A DNA stretch of 42,837 nucleotides from a bacterium. GTDB taxonomy: Bacteria; Bacteroidota; Ignavibacteria; UBA10030. The stretch lies in NCBI GenBank assembly GCA_043803945.1, contig JAZDJN010000062.1:1-42837 (forward strand), given 5' to 3'. Of the stretch, positions 26,960-37,537 are shown piece after piece; positions within the stretch are counted from its first letter, which is position 1, and each line of letters starts with the position of its first letter. The notes beneath the pieces were generated by a model. That model was not told the origin of the DNA. It saw only the letters and a list, made by a program, of their open reading frames with translations, and did no database searches. The translations under genes were made by a program, and so were the position numbers.

Positions 26960-28714
26960 ATGAAGAAGACCTGTCTGCTTCTTGTTATACTCATTGCCTC
27001 GGGCAATGCCCAAACCCAACATCTGTCTCTCAGTGAAAACTTCGACCGGATTACAGCACCGCTTCTGCCCAATGGCTGGAGGACAAGTTCAAACCGTTCT
27101 GCCATGGGAGATTTTATTACCACCTCATCTTCTTCCCGCTCCCAGCCAAACACTCTCATCAGCACAAACGCAACAATTACGCAAACACTTACTTCTCCGG
27201 TGTTCGATTTCACAAATCTGGTGCCGGATAAACTAGAGTTATGGATCTCCCGCTCCAGCACCCACACCGCACCATTGCTCGTTGAAGCTTCTCTGGATAG
27301 CGGACGAACATACGGAATCATCGTAAGCGATACTCTTCAAAACAATGGATCATCGGGGTATCAGCAATTTTCACTGACGCTCCCTGCCACCTTTATCAAT
27401 CAACCGGCAGTATCGTTTCGCTGGCGGCTTATCGGCAACCTGAGCGGAGGAACAACCGGCACCTTTCGAATGGACGATATCACCATCACCATTTCAGCAA
27501 TGAACGACTTCGCTCTCATTTCATTACAAGCGATTCCGTTCTTTCGGCTTAACGGACTTCAGCAACAGATTCTCGATGGCTATAACATCGATGCGACCGT
27601 TAAGAATGTAGGAAGGATCGCCGCTGCTCGATTTGCCGTGCAGTTCTTTCTTGACAAAAACAATAATGGCCGTGCTGACACCGACGAACAATTTGCACAG
27701 CTTGATGCAGGACCTCTGGCAATTGCCGATACAGCAATTATCGAGGCCAGGCTTCAATCACTCACACCCGGTCAGCACCGCTGCATTGCTGTACTTGAGT
27801 ATCCTCCCGATGGGAATTCCTTGAATGATACAGCATCGGTGCTGATCACTGCTGGAGCCGATCCTGGCTCGATCATTGTTAATGAGATTATGTTTGATCC
27901 TTTAGAAGGACAGAATGAATGGATAGAATTCTACAACCGGAGCGGAACAGCGATCGATGTGACTCAATGGAAAATCGCAGAGAATTCTGCAGGAGATCAA
28001 TCTGTATCCCAACTTTCGGTTCAGAGCAACACGATTCATCCCAAAGAATATCTTCTCCTTGCTGCAGACTCGACTATTCTTCTGGCTTTTCCCTATCTCA
28101 GAAATCCAGACAGCTCAATTCATCTGTGTATACGTAACCGGAGCAGCGGATTCAACCTCAACAACAGCGGCGACGACCTCTATCTTCTTGATGCAACAAA
28201 TCAGGTGATCGACCATCTCTCCTATTCACCATCGTGGCATTATCCAGACCTTATTCAGACGCGCGGGATTTCATTGGAGCGTATCAGCCCGGAGATTCAT
28301 TCAACCGAGAAGAGTAATTGGAGTTCCTCGTCATCTTCTCTCGGAGGGACACCGGGAAAGTCCAATAGTATTCTAGCCAGGGCTCTGCCCAGCGCTGCCA
28401 CACTCTCGCTGCATCCCAATCCTTTTTCACCCGACAATGATGGATTTGAAGATCATTGCATCATCCAATATCGCCTTCCACTTAAGACCTCACTGCTGCG
28501 CATCAGAGTCTATGATACACAGGGGCGGCTGATCAGGCGGTTGAGCGAATCCGCATTAAGCGGTTCAACCGGCGAAATTATCTGGGACGGATTTGATGAT
28601 GAGAAACGGCGTGCAAGGATAGGTCCCCATATCATCTTCCTCGAAGCAATCGACAGCCAGGGAGGAATGCTGGCAACAGCAAAGGCAGTGGTTGTGGTGG
28701 CAACGAAGTTCTGA
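26960..28714 (+). CDS. Secreted lamin-tail-domain protein with CARDB-like and C-terminal FlgD/sorting-type Ig domain
   Basis: Signal peptide; IIVNEIMFDP...EWIEFYN, SLERI, GTPG; PNPFSPDNDG...IYD/WDG-type C-terminal domain. Confidence 0.82.
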   Translation: MKKTCLLLVILIASGNAQTQHLSLSENFDRITAPLLPNGWRTSSNRSAMGDFITTSSSSRSQPNTLISTNATITQTLTSPVFDFTNLVPDKLELWISRSSTHTAPLLVEASLDSGRTYGIIVSDTLQNNGSSGYQQFSLTLPATFINQPAVSFRWRLIGNLSGGTTGTFRMDDITITISAMNDFALISLQAIPFFRLNGLQQQILDGYNIDATVKNVGRIAAARFAVQFFLDKNNNGRADTDEQFAQLDAGPLAIADTAIIEARLQSLTPGQHRCIAVLEYPPDGNSLNDTASVLITAGADPGSIIVNEIMFDPLEGQNEWIEFYNRSGTAIDVTQWKIAENSAGDQSVSQLSVQSNTIHPKEYLLLAADSTILLAFPYLRNPDSSIHLCIRNRSSGFNLNNSGDDLYLLDATNQVIDHLSYSPSWHYPDLIQTRGISLERISPEIHSTEKSNWSSSSSSLGGTPGKSNSILARALPSAATLSLHPNPFSPDNDGFEDHCIIQYRLPLKTSLLRIRVYDTQGRLIRRLSESALSGSTGEIIWDGFDDEKRRARIGPHIIFLEAIDSQGGMLATAKAVVVVATKF

Positions 28715-28819
28715 TGAGCAGTGCTACATACACCTGGACAGAGCGAACAAACATCTCTATATTCAGGTAGTTCGATTGAATTCAGTATTTCGATGGACGT
28801 CTGACATGAACATACACTC

Positions 28820-29233
28820 CCTCACCTGAACACCGTTGCCGAAGTGTATCGAACCACAGGAACGATCTGGGAAAATTACTCTCCCGACGCTCAAGAGCCG
28901 GGCCGCAATACCGACGGCAAACTTGTTATGAAAGATTTTGTGGGTTGGAGTGGCATTGGGCCAATCCTTTACTTCATGGAATATGCCGTAGGGATTAAAG
29001 CAAATGCCGACGCTAACGCATTATACTGGCAGCTTGAATCGAAGAAGCGGGTCGGTTGTGAAGGTTACAGGTTCAACGACCATGTCATCTCCCTGATCGC
29101 AGAGAAGTCAGAAAAAAACCATCGGAAGATTTCCATCGAATCGAACGGAGTTTTTCTCTTGCATCTTCGGACAGGGAACATGAGCAAAACCTATTCGATC
29201 CACGAAGGTCGGAATGAATTGATCATCCGGTAA
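28820..29233 (+). pseudogene. C-terminal fragment of a glycoside hydrolase (GH63/trehalase-like)
   Basis: TGTIWENYSPD...DFVGWSG pattern typical of the end of an (alpha/alpha)6 glycosidase; only about 130 aa present. Confidence 0.6.
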
Positions 29234-29531
29234 GCCGATTCTTCACTCGATGACGACTTTGAATGAAGAGCTGTCTTCTGTATATTATCGTCGAGCGCTA
29301 TACCATAGCGAGAAAGTTTGGCGAAATACCCCGTAAATACAGCGAAGAAAATATATGGTAACATTCCAATACTTTAATGATAGGACTGGAGTTATCCCGC
29401 GAGAATACATTGAATCAAAACTAAAAGAATTGCGGGATTAAGGTGTGGAGAGACGATAGCTACTCCTACAAAGAGAACACTGAGGAAGAGCATCTAGAAA
29501 AATCAAATTAATCCTGAGCTAACACCTGAAT

Positions 29532-32168
29532 ATGAGTGATCTTGAAAATATCACTAAGCGATTCGAAGGGCAGTTGGACCTGATTATTCAGAAGCATCAA
29601 TCGGGTAATGGCGGTATCCGTACTTCACTTGCGTTGACCAGGAGGATCGATCAACTGATCGCTTCGCTCGTTGAACGGTTAAATGCGAAAGAGAGAAAAT
29701 CCCTTTGTGTTGTGGCGCTCGGAGGATATGGCCGCAAAGAACTCTGCTTTTACTCCGACATCGACATTATGGTTCTCACGACCGACGAGGAAAGTAAGGT
29801 GATGGTCCAAGGAGCCATTGAAGGATTCCTCCATGCACTCTTTAATGCGGATCTCGATATCGGTCACAGTGTCCGGACAATTCCGGAATGCCTTGAGGTG
29901 GCGGAAACGGATTTCGACATTTTCACCGCGCTGCTGGAATCCCGATTTATCGCCGGCAACCGGAGCATCCTTCTTCGACTCCTTGCACTGTATAAGCCTT
30001 TGAAGCGAGGCGCAAAATCGGCAGACCTCGTTATGCAGTTACTGGCCTCCACTGAGGTACGCCGCGCAAAATACGGAAATTCGACAAAGCTGCTCGAGCC
30101 GAATGTGAAGAACAGTGCCGGCGGATTGCGCGACTTGCACTCCATCCACTGGCTTCTGCGCGGAACAGGTATTCAGCCTTTGTCATCAACGCTTGCTCCG
30201 AATCAAACCGGGATGCTTCAAATGCTCTCATCCCCGCTTATCAAAAAGCAATTTCATCCTCGCTTCATTCGTTCCGTGGTCCATTCGTTTGATTTCCTCC
30301 AGCGCTGCCGGAATGAGATGCATCTTCAATCCAGGTCGCTGCATGACATGCTCGAATTCAACCTTCAGCGCCAGGTCGCCGATGCCCTGCACCATCACGC
30401 AACCCCAACCCGCACCAGCGTTGAGCGGTTTATGCAGGAGTACTACATCAGCACGCGGGTCATCTATCATTTTTCCGAACAAATGCTCGACTGGGTCAAG
30501 GATCATTTCCTTGCCAAAGTGCCGCACCAACCGGTACGGCAGTTGGATAGGAACTTTATCCTTCGCGGAAACCATCTCGATGTTCATGCCCGCCGCTTCA
30601 CCGTCACAAATGAACTTGCTCTCCGGGCATTTTTTTACAGCATTACCGTGCATGCTTCTCTGACCCCCCGGCTCGAAGATACGCTCTCGCATAATGTGAA
30701 GCTTTTTAAACCTTTAAAATCTTCTGTCGAGACAGGATTATTTCGAACATTGCTGCGGCAGGAGCGTGGGGTAAGCCACGCACTTCATACGATGAATGCG
30801 ATGGGAATTCTCTCACGCTGGATACCGGAATGGCGCGATCTTGTCGCCTTCTTCCAGCACAATCAATATCACTATTATACGGCTGACGAACATACGCTGC
30901 GGGTGCTTGCCAATCTTGAAGGACTTGCCGCTGCACAAAATATTTTCGGTGAGGTCTTCCGTAAGATTCCTCAGCGCGACACACTCTATCTTGCCGCATT
31001 ACTCCATGATATTGCCAAACCTCAGCGGATTGGCGATCATGAAATCATTGGAGTAGATATGGCAAGAAAGATTCTTGAACGTATGCGTTCAACGGATGTG
31101 CAGAAGGATGTCCTCTTCCTTGTTCGTCATCACCTCACGATGGAACAGGTCGCCTTTCGGCGGAACCTCCATGACCCTCAAACGATTATGGACTTTGCTG
31201 AAACGTTCGAAACATCCAATCAACTTGATATGCTCTACGTCCTAACCTACGCCGATCTCTGTGCAGTCAATAGAAATGTCTGGAGCGAGTGGAAAGGATC
31301 GCTCCTCCAGGAACTCTATCAATGGACACGGGAGGTGCTCGACAAATCGCTTTCTTCAACGGACTATCATCGGGAAGAACGGCTGCGGTACCAGGATCAT
31401 GTGGAGAGAGTTGTTGAACAGCTTACCGCGACACTCTCCGAATCTGATGCACGGGACCATATCGAATCGTTCGATAGCGCTGAGTACCTCAAGACTTTCG
31501 AGACTGAGGAGATTGCCGAGCATATCCATCGGATCGGTACACAGGAAAAAGTTTCCGTTCTCTTCGACCACCAGGCAGGGCACACCGCCGTAACTGTCAT
31601 TGCGCACGATGAACCGTTCGCCCTGTCAAGATTTTGCGGTGTGTTGAGTGCCAACGACGCGAATATCCTCGATGCCCATATATTCACCCGGAACGATGGA
31701 ATCATCATCGATCAGTTTCGTGTGGCAGACTTCATCACCGGCACTCATATCAATGAAACCCAGTGTGATCGGATCCGGAATGATTTGAAAAGCATTTTCG
31801 CGGAACAATCCGATATCGAGCACCTCCTCGCACGCCACCGGATGAAGTGGAAACGGCGTGCAAAACCTTTGAACCCGAATATCCGGATCGATGTGGAGTT
31901 TGAAGATCATCCACGCTACACGATCATCGATGTTTACGCTCCCGACATGCTCGGATTCTTGTACCGGATCACTTCGTGCATGTCATCGCTGGGATTAAAT
32001 ATTTCATTCGCCAAAATCGCCACCCGGACAGACGGGATCGTCGATGCCTTCTACGTGACCGATGAATCCGGGAAAAAGATTGAGAGTAACGAACGTATGG
32101 AGTATATTCATTCAGAAATCATGAGGACAATTAACGAACTAACTACTTCAGAGCTTGTGATTGGTTGA
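29532..32168 (+). CDS. glnD: PII uridylyltransferase/uridylyl-removing enzyme
   Basis: ALGGYGR..SDID nucleotidyltransferase, KNSAGGLRD, YH.YTADEHT / LLHDIAK HD domain, two C-terminal ACT domains. Confidence 0.95.
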   Translation: MSDLENITKRFEGQLDLIIQKHQSGNGGIRTSLALTRRIDQLIASLVERLNAKERKSLCVVALGGYGRKELCFYSDIDIMVLTTDEESKVMVQGAIEGFLHALFNADLDIGHSVRTIPECLEVAETDFDIFTALLESRFIAGNRSILLRLLALYKPLKRGAKSADLVMQLLASTEVRRAKYGNSTKLLEPNVKNSAGGLRDLHSIHWLLRGTGIQPLSSTLAPNQTGMLQMLSSPLIKKQFHPRFIRSVVHSFDFLQRCRNEMHLQSRSLHDMLEFNLQRQVADALHHHATPTRTSVERFMQEYYISTRVIYHFSEQMLDWVKDHFLAKVPHQPVRQLDRNFILRGNHLDVHARRFTVTNELALRAFFYSITVHASLTPRLEDTLSHNVKLFKPLKSSVETGLFRTLLRQERGVSHALHTMNAMGILSRWIPEWRDLVAFFQHNQYHYYTADEHTLRVLANLEGLAAAQNIFGEVFRKIPQRDTLYLAALLHDIAKPQRIGDHEIIGVDMARKILERMRSTDVQKDVLFLVRHHLTMEQVAFRRNLHDPQTIMDFAETFETSNQLDMLYVLTYADLCAVNRNVWSEWKGSLLQELYQWTREVLDKSLSSTDYHREERLRYQDHVERVVEQLTATLSESDARDHIESFDSAEYLKTFETEEIAEHIHRIGTQEKVSVLFDHQAGHTAVTVIAHDEPFALSRFCGVLSANDANILDAHIFTRNDGIIIDQFRVADFITGTHINETQCDRIRNDLKSIFAEQSDIEHLLARHRMKWKRRAKPLNPNIRIDVEFEDHPRYTIIDVYAPDMLGFLYRITSCMSSLGLNISFAKIATRTDGIVDAFYVTDESGKKIESNERMEYIHSEIMRTINELTTSELVIG

Positions 32169-32174
32169 ATTCCT

Positions 32175-32984
32175 ATGAGCAATTCACGACCGATAGGTGT
32201 TTTTGATTCAGGCATTGGCGGATTAACGGTGGTCAGGGCACTGACCCATCATCTGCCCCAGGAGAATATCGTCTATTTCGGTGACACGGCACGAGTGCCG
32301 TACGGTCCGAAGTCATCGCTCGTTGTTCGGGAATATGCTGCACAGGATACCGAGGTCCTGTTGCAACACAACGTTAAACTGATTGTCATCGCGTGTAATA
32401 CCGTGTCAGCCGTCGCGCTCGATGTGGTTCAAAAAAAGGCGAAAGTCCCAGTGCTTGGGGTTATTCTTCCAGGTGCGGAAGCCGCTGTCGGTGCAACAAC
32501 GAAGAGGCGGATTGGTATCATAGGAACCATCGGAACAATAAACAGCCATGCCTACACAAACGCCATCCGGCAGCTTGATCCATCGGTTCAGGTGTTCAGC
32601 CAGGCGTGCCCACTCTTTGTACCGCTTGCCGAGGAGGGCTGGACGAATCACAAGGCAACGGAACTGATTGCCAAAGAATATCTCTTCCCGCTCACACTCG
32701 AAAAAATCGACACCCTAATTCTCGGTTGCACCCATTACCCGCTCTTGAAAGAGATTATCAGCAAGGTGCTCCATCATTCCGTATCGTTAATCGATTCCGG
32801 TGAAGCGACGGCCGCTGTGGTACAAACGACGCTCGACCGGCTGGACATGCGCAACCCGAGCACACTAAAACCCAATCTGCAATTCTTCGTCAGCGATCTG
32901 CCTCATAAATTTACGGAGGTGGGCGAGCGCTTTCTCGGTCAAAAACTCGGAAAAATTCAACGCATCAGCGGATTCACCGCTTAA
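32175..32984 (+). CDS. murI: Glutamate racemase
   Basis: FDSGIGGL, PYG, IACNT, LGCTHYP. Confidence 0.98.
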   Translation: MSNSRPIGVFDSGIGGLTVVRALTHHLPQENIVYFGDTARVPYGPKSSLVVREYAAQDTEVLLQHNVKLIVIACNTVSAVALDVVQKKAKVPVLGVILPGAEAAVGATTKRRIGIIGTIGTINSHAYTNAIRQLDPSVQVFSQACPLFVPLAEEGWTNHKATELIAKEYLFPLTLEKIDTLILGCTHYPLLKEIISKVLHHSVSLIDSGEATAAVVQTTLDRLDMRNPSTLKPNLQFFVSDLPHKFTEVGERFLGQKLGKIQRISGFTA

Positions 32985-33201
32985 CGGCTGCACAAAAATT
33001 CCCCTCCCATCTCTCTGTGAGTCATTTAGTGTCCCAACCCTGCAGTCAACATGGGCTATTTACTCCCGCCTCAAAGCAGTCACTCTGCGACATCCTTCTT
33101 CGCACCCATACTTACTACTTTATACTCACTACTTGATACTTCTTGATTGACACCGCGCCGCATTTTGCTTAGATTTGTCACATCATATCGTAAGGATGTC
33201 A

Positions 33202-33726
33202 ATGTCTATCCAGCCAATTCTGCTACTGGGAAATCCAACGCTTCGACAGCGCTGCAGCCCTGTTCAATCTGTAAATTCGCCTGAAACCAAAGAGACAATT
33301 GATCATCTTCGGGATACTCTGGCAGATTTCCGAGAACGGAAAGGATTCGGACGCGGCATCGCCGCTCCGCAAATCGGAATCTCCCAACAACTGATCTATG
33401 TGAAGACCGATGAAGTTGCCGGCGCTTTCATCAATCCAAAGATTGTCAGCCGGAGCAGAAAGAAATTCAGAATGTGGGATGATTGTTTCTCCTTCCCCGA
33501 CATTCTAGCCTGTGTTGAACGTCATTACTCCATTGCGGTTGCCTACACCGATGAACAAGGGAAAAAGAAAAAACTAAACGCGCAGGGGTCGCTCTCAGAA
33601 CTGCTTCAGCATGAGATCGATCATCTTCATGGTGTTCTTGCCATCGATCGTGCGATAGATTCGCACCACATCATCCTTCGAAGCGAATATGAAACACTCT
33701 CACATAAATCCCCGTTGTCATTATAA
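33202..33726 (+). CDS. def: Peptide deformylase (atypical motif 2)
   Basis: GRGIAAPQIG, INP, DDCFS, QHEIDHL; start placed after AAGGA. Confidence 0.9.
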   Translation: MSIQPILLLGNPTLRQRCSPVQSVNSPETKETIDHLRDTLADFRERKGFGRGIAAPQIGISQQLIYVKTDEVAGAFINPKIVSRSRKKFRMWDDCFSFPDILACVERHYSIAVAYTDEQGKKKKLNAQGSLSELLQHEIDHLHGVLAIDRAIDSHHIILRSEYETLSHKSPLSL

Positions 33727-33752
33727 ATTCTTCACCAGAGAAGGAGAAAACC

Positions 33753-34217
33753 ATGACGCAACCTCCCACCCCAACCGCTCCACAGCCGCCAAAGGAACAA
33801 AAACCTGTACCAGTCGGCTATGAGTTTAACGCGATGCAGGATAGTACGATTAGACAACTTGCATCCAAAATGAAATTCGTTGGCATTTTCATGATTATTG
33901 TTTGCTCTCTCTATGCCATTCTTGGCTTATTCTCTTTGATGGTGTCGCCATTAATCACCCTTATCTATCTCTTATTTCTCACTCCATTATTTCTTATGGG
34001 ACTCTGGACCACCCAGGCATCCAAAGCCTTCAGACAAGTCGTTGATACAAAAGGGCATGACATTCCATTTCTGATGGAAGCTCTTGAATCTCTCCGGAAG
34101 CTCTATACGCTCCAATTCTGGATCCTTATTGCCGGCCTGGTGATGATCCCGGTGGTTATTATTATTGCCGTGATGATTGTCTCTTCCGGGATGATTCCAA
34201 TGCCGCCCGCTTCATAA
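33753..34217 (+). CDS. Small membrane protein of unknown function
   Basis: AAGGAG RBS, Pro-rich N-terminus, three hydrophobic segments. Confidence 0.75.
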   Translation: MTQPPTPTAPQPPKEQKPVPVGYEFNAMQDSTIRQLASKMKFVGIFMIIVCSLYAILGLFSLMVSPLITLIYLLFLTPLFLMGLWTTQASKAFRQVVDTKGHDIPFLMEALESLRKLYTLQFWILIAGLVMIPVVIIIAVMIVSSGMIPMPPAS

Positions 34218-34265
34218 CAGGAAAGAATCCACACGATCGAGAAGAAACGCCTTAGGCGTATTGAA

Positions 34266-34526
34266 GTGCGGGATCGGTTAAAGCAGGTTGAATCATGGAA
34301 GCTTCATGGATTTGCCTTTCAGAAGAATATTGTTTTGAAAGATTTCGTGCATGCGATGGGATTTGTTCAATCTGCAGCCCTCCTTGCCGAAAAGTTCAAT
34401 CATCATCCCGATATCGAGATACGATGGAATAAGGTCACCTTGACGCTCTCAACGCACAGTGTTGGCGGGTTGACGGACATTGACTTCGCACTGGCGGAAG
34501 AGATCGATAAATTGTACCACAATTAA
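34266..34526 (+). CDS. phhB: Pterin-4-alpha-carbinolamine dehydratase (start uncertain)
   Basis: AEKFNHHPDI, LSTHSVGGLT..DF.LA. Confidence 0.9.
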   Translation: MRDRLKQVESWKLHGFAFQKNIVLKDFVHAMGFVQSAALLAEKFNHHPDIEIRWNKVTLTLSTHSVGGLTDIDFALAEEIDKLYHN

Positions 34527-34559
34527 AATGCTATCAGGTTGAAATGAGCATTATGAAAG

Positions 34560-35504
34560 ATGGGTAGAACTCTGGGAAGAAAACTAACAAAAGGAACCTC
34601 CACGAGTAGCTTTGGGACAAGCGGCAGAATAGGCCATGATTCTTCAAAGTTCTATAACACAAGATTGTACGAGGATTTGCCAAGCTCAGAGGGTGATGGA
34701 CCAGGTGAAAATAAATTTCCTGACCGCCTGATTAACACAGTCATTAATGGCACTTCCGAAACGATGGGTGACATCCCAGATCGGTCAGTTCATCTGATGA
34801 TTACTTCTCCGCCGTATAATGTCTCCAAGGAATATGATAGTAACCTCTCTTTGCAGCAATATCTAGATTTACTCACCAGGGTTTTTACTGAAACCTATCG
34901 AGCGCTTGTAAATGGGGGCAGGGCGTGTGTGAATATCGCGAATGTAGGAAGAAAACCCTATATCCCTCTGTCTGATTCTATTTCGAAGATGATGATTGAT
35001 ATTGGTTTTAATATGCGAGGAGAAGTCATTTGGAATAAAGGCTCAAGCGCAGGAGTTTCAATGGCATGGGGGAGTTACATGTCCGCTTCAAATCCAGTCC
35101 TCAGAGACGTTCACGAATATATACTAATCTTCAGCAAGGGCGACTATAATCGGTCTTCAGAAGGAAAAGAAAATACTATCACTCGAGAGCAATTCATGGA
35201 GTGGACAAAATCGATCTGGAATTTCAGCACAGTCTCTGCGAAGCGAGTTGGCCATCCAGCACCGTTCCCATTCGATTTGCCGTACCGCCTCATCCAACTC
35301 TATTCATACACTGGTGATATAATCCTCGACCCATTTATGGGAAGTGGCACTACTGGCCTTGCTGCGATGAATGCAGGAAGGCATTACATCGGATACGAGA
35401 TCGATAAAGAATACTACAAACGAGGAGAAGATCGCCTTAACGCCTTTAAGGACCAACAAGTCCTTGATTTCGGAATCGTTGCCGAGCCGAAAAGCTCTTC
35501 GTGA
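34560..35504 (+). CDS. Site-specific DNA methyltransferase, beta class (probably N4-cytosine), no adjacent endonuclease
   Basis: Motif IV TSPPY precedes HPAPF and motif I DPFMGSGTT. Confidence 0.92.
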   Translation: MGRTLGRKLTKGTSTSSFGTSGRIGHDSSKFYNTRLYEDLPSSEGDGPGENKFPDRLINTVINGTSETMGDIPDRSVHLMITSPPYNVSKEYDSNLSLQQYLDLLTRVFTETYRALVNGGRACVNIANVGRKPYIPLSDSISKMMIDIGFNMRGEVIWNKGSSAGVSMAWGSYMSASNPVLRDVHEYILIFSKGDYNRSSEGKENTITREQFMEWTKSIWNFSTVSAKRVGHPAPFPFDLPYRLIQLYSYTGDIILDPFMGSGTTGLAAMNAGRHYIGYEIDKEYYKRGEDRLNAFKDQQVLDFGIVAEPKSSS

Positions 35505-35606
35505 GCAAAGCGTAACATATCTCAATGAAATTTTCATCTAGCCTTATTTAATGTTTTCCAAATAGATATGCGTCATTTCCATTTTCTTACTATGAATAAA
35601 TAGTCG

Positions 35607-36284
35607 ATGACAATCAAACCCATTATCTTTGGCGCTTCAGGTATGGTCGGTGAAGGCGTGCTCCATGTCGCTCTTCAACACCCCAAGGTTGAATCCGTCT
35701 TAGTCGTTGGAAGACGGACGTGCGATAGGAAGCACGAGAAGCTGAAAGAAGTTCTGCATCAGGACTTCTTCAACTACACAATGATCGAGGAAAACCTTAA
35801 AGGGTATAACGCATGTTTTTTCTGTCTTGGTGTTACCTCAATTGGAAAGAACGAGGAGGAGTATACCCGATTGACGTACGATCTGACAATGCAAGCTGCG
35901 TCGACACTTTCCAGGCTGAATCCGGGAATGACCTTTTGCTATGTCTCTGGCACCGGCACCGATAGCAGTGAACATGGCCGCAGCATGTGGGCAAGAGTGA
36001 AAGGAAGAACAGAGAACCATCTTACAACACTTTCATTTAGGGCAATATATTTATTCCGGCCAGGATTTATCAATCCCGTAAAGGGCCTCAAACGGGCGCA
36101 TTCATTTGCAGCAGTACTTAGTGTGTTCTATCCTGTGTGGAAAATACTCTTCTCAAAATATGTTTGCACTCTTGAGGATCTGGGTGCTGCAATGATTCAT
36201 TCTGTTATGCTCGGTTATCCCAATCGAATTCTTGAAAACAGAGATATTAAGCGGCTGGCACAAACAAACCCGGGAAATCTTTGA
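35607..36284 (+). CDS. NAD(P)-binding epimerase-like protein
   Basis: GASGMVG Rossmann motif, FFCLG, WARVKG, FRPG. Confidence 0.88.
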   Translation: MTIKPIIFGASGMVGEGVLHVALQHPKVESVLVVGRRTCDRKHEKLKEVLHQDFFNYTMIEENLKGYNACFFCLGVTSIGKNEEEYTRLTYDLTMQAASTLSRLNPGMTFCYVSGTGTDSSEHGRSMWARVKGRTENHLTTLSFRAIYLFRPGFINPVKGLKRAHSFAAVLSVFYPVWKILFSKYVCTLEDLGAAMIHSVMLGYPNRILENRDIKRLAQTNPGNL

Positions 36285-36397
36285 AAGCCGCAAGGAAGAA
36301 AGAACTCTCCTGGCGCATCTTATACAGTAGCATGGTGTGCCCGCCGTACCCGGAGGTTATGCACGTTGTCTTTCGTTGAGTTAAAGGGATCGAATCT

Positions 36398-37216
36398 ATG
36401 GAGTTATTGGTCAAAGCAATCATTCTAGGAATTGTAGAGGGCGTTACCGAATTTCTGCCGATCAGCAGTACAGGCCATCTCATCATCGTCAACCAGTTCA
36501 TCAATTTTACCGGTGATTTCGCCACGATGTTTGATGTGGTAATTCAACTGGGAGCAATTCTTTCAGTCATCGTGTACTTTTGGGACCGGCTTTACCCTTT
36601 TTCTTCTCAGCACTCTCTGGAACAGAATAAAGAAATTTGGATCACCTGGAAAAAAGCCGTTATCGGTGTACTCCCTGCCCTTGTCATCGGCGGTACACTC
36701 GGGCACAAAGTCGAAGAATATCTTTTCAATCCCGTTACCGTTGCACTCGCACTCTTCCTCGGCGGTATACTTCTTATTATTGTTGAACGGAGGAAAGCAA
36801 CCAATTCAATTCTCTCTATTACTGAGTTGAGCAATACTACGGTCATCGCCATCGGACTCTTTCAATGCCTTGCGATGATACCGGGTACATCCCGTGCCGC
36901 GGCGACCATCATCGGCGCGATGATACTGGGCGCATCGCGAGTTGTCGCCGCCGAGTTTTCGTTCTTCCTCGCCATTCCCACGATGGTTGCAGCATCGGGC
37001 TATTCACTGCGCAAGCATGGATTGGCTGTTTCACCCGCAGAGTGGACTGCGTTGGCTGTGGGATTCATTGTCTCGTTTCTGGTTGCCTGGGGAGTCATTG
37101 CGTTCTTCATGAATTATATTCGGAAACATGATTTTACATTCTTTGCTTATTACCGAATTGTTCTGGCCGTTGCGATTGGTATTCTGATGTACTTCAAGAT
37201 ATTGCCAATGGCATAA
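36398..37216 (+). CDS. uppP: Undecaprenyl-diphosphatase (BacA)
   Basis: EGVTEFLPISSTGH, IPGTSR, AEFSFFLAIP, FAYYR. Confidence 0.98.
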   Translation: MELLVKAIILGIVEGVTEFLPISSTGHLIIVNQFINFTGDFATMFDVVIQLGAILSVIVYFWDRLYPFSSQHSLEQNKEIWITWKKAVIGVLPALVIGGTLGHKVEEYLFNPVTVALALFLGGILLIIVERRKATNSILSITELSNTTVIAIGLFQCLAMIPGTSRAAATIIGAMILGASRVVAAEFSFFLAIPTMVAASGYSLRKHGLAVSPAEWTALAVGFIVSFLVAWGVIAFFMNYIRKHDFTFFAYYRIVLAVAIGILMYFKILPMA

Positions 37217-37537
37217 GTATCTCCTTGCAAAAACCACTGCTTCAGTGAAAACACATTTGCAGCCGTAGCTGCTGCTTTGCCATAGGAACGCAGCAGAGAG
37301 GAATCAGAGACTGATGGAGACACGTAGTTATGGCATGGATACAACGCTATGCTCTTTCTGCTCCTGTTAGAACAGGGAGAAGCGGCTCATGCTCTAAGTA
37401 TTTTTCATCGAATCATTTATCGGTAGACAAGAATTGGCTTGAAAGCCTTCCTTTGTCATTCAATTGCACCTCTCTCAACTTCTTGCTATCTTCGTCACGC
37501 AGTTCACTTAATCAAAGACTAACAGAGTGAAACGACC

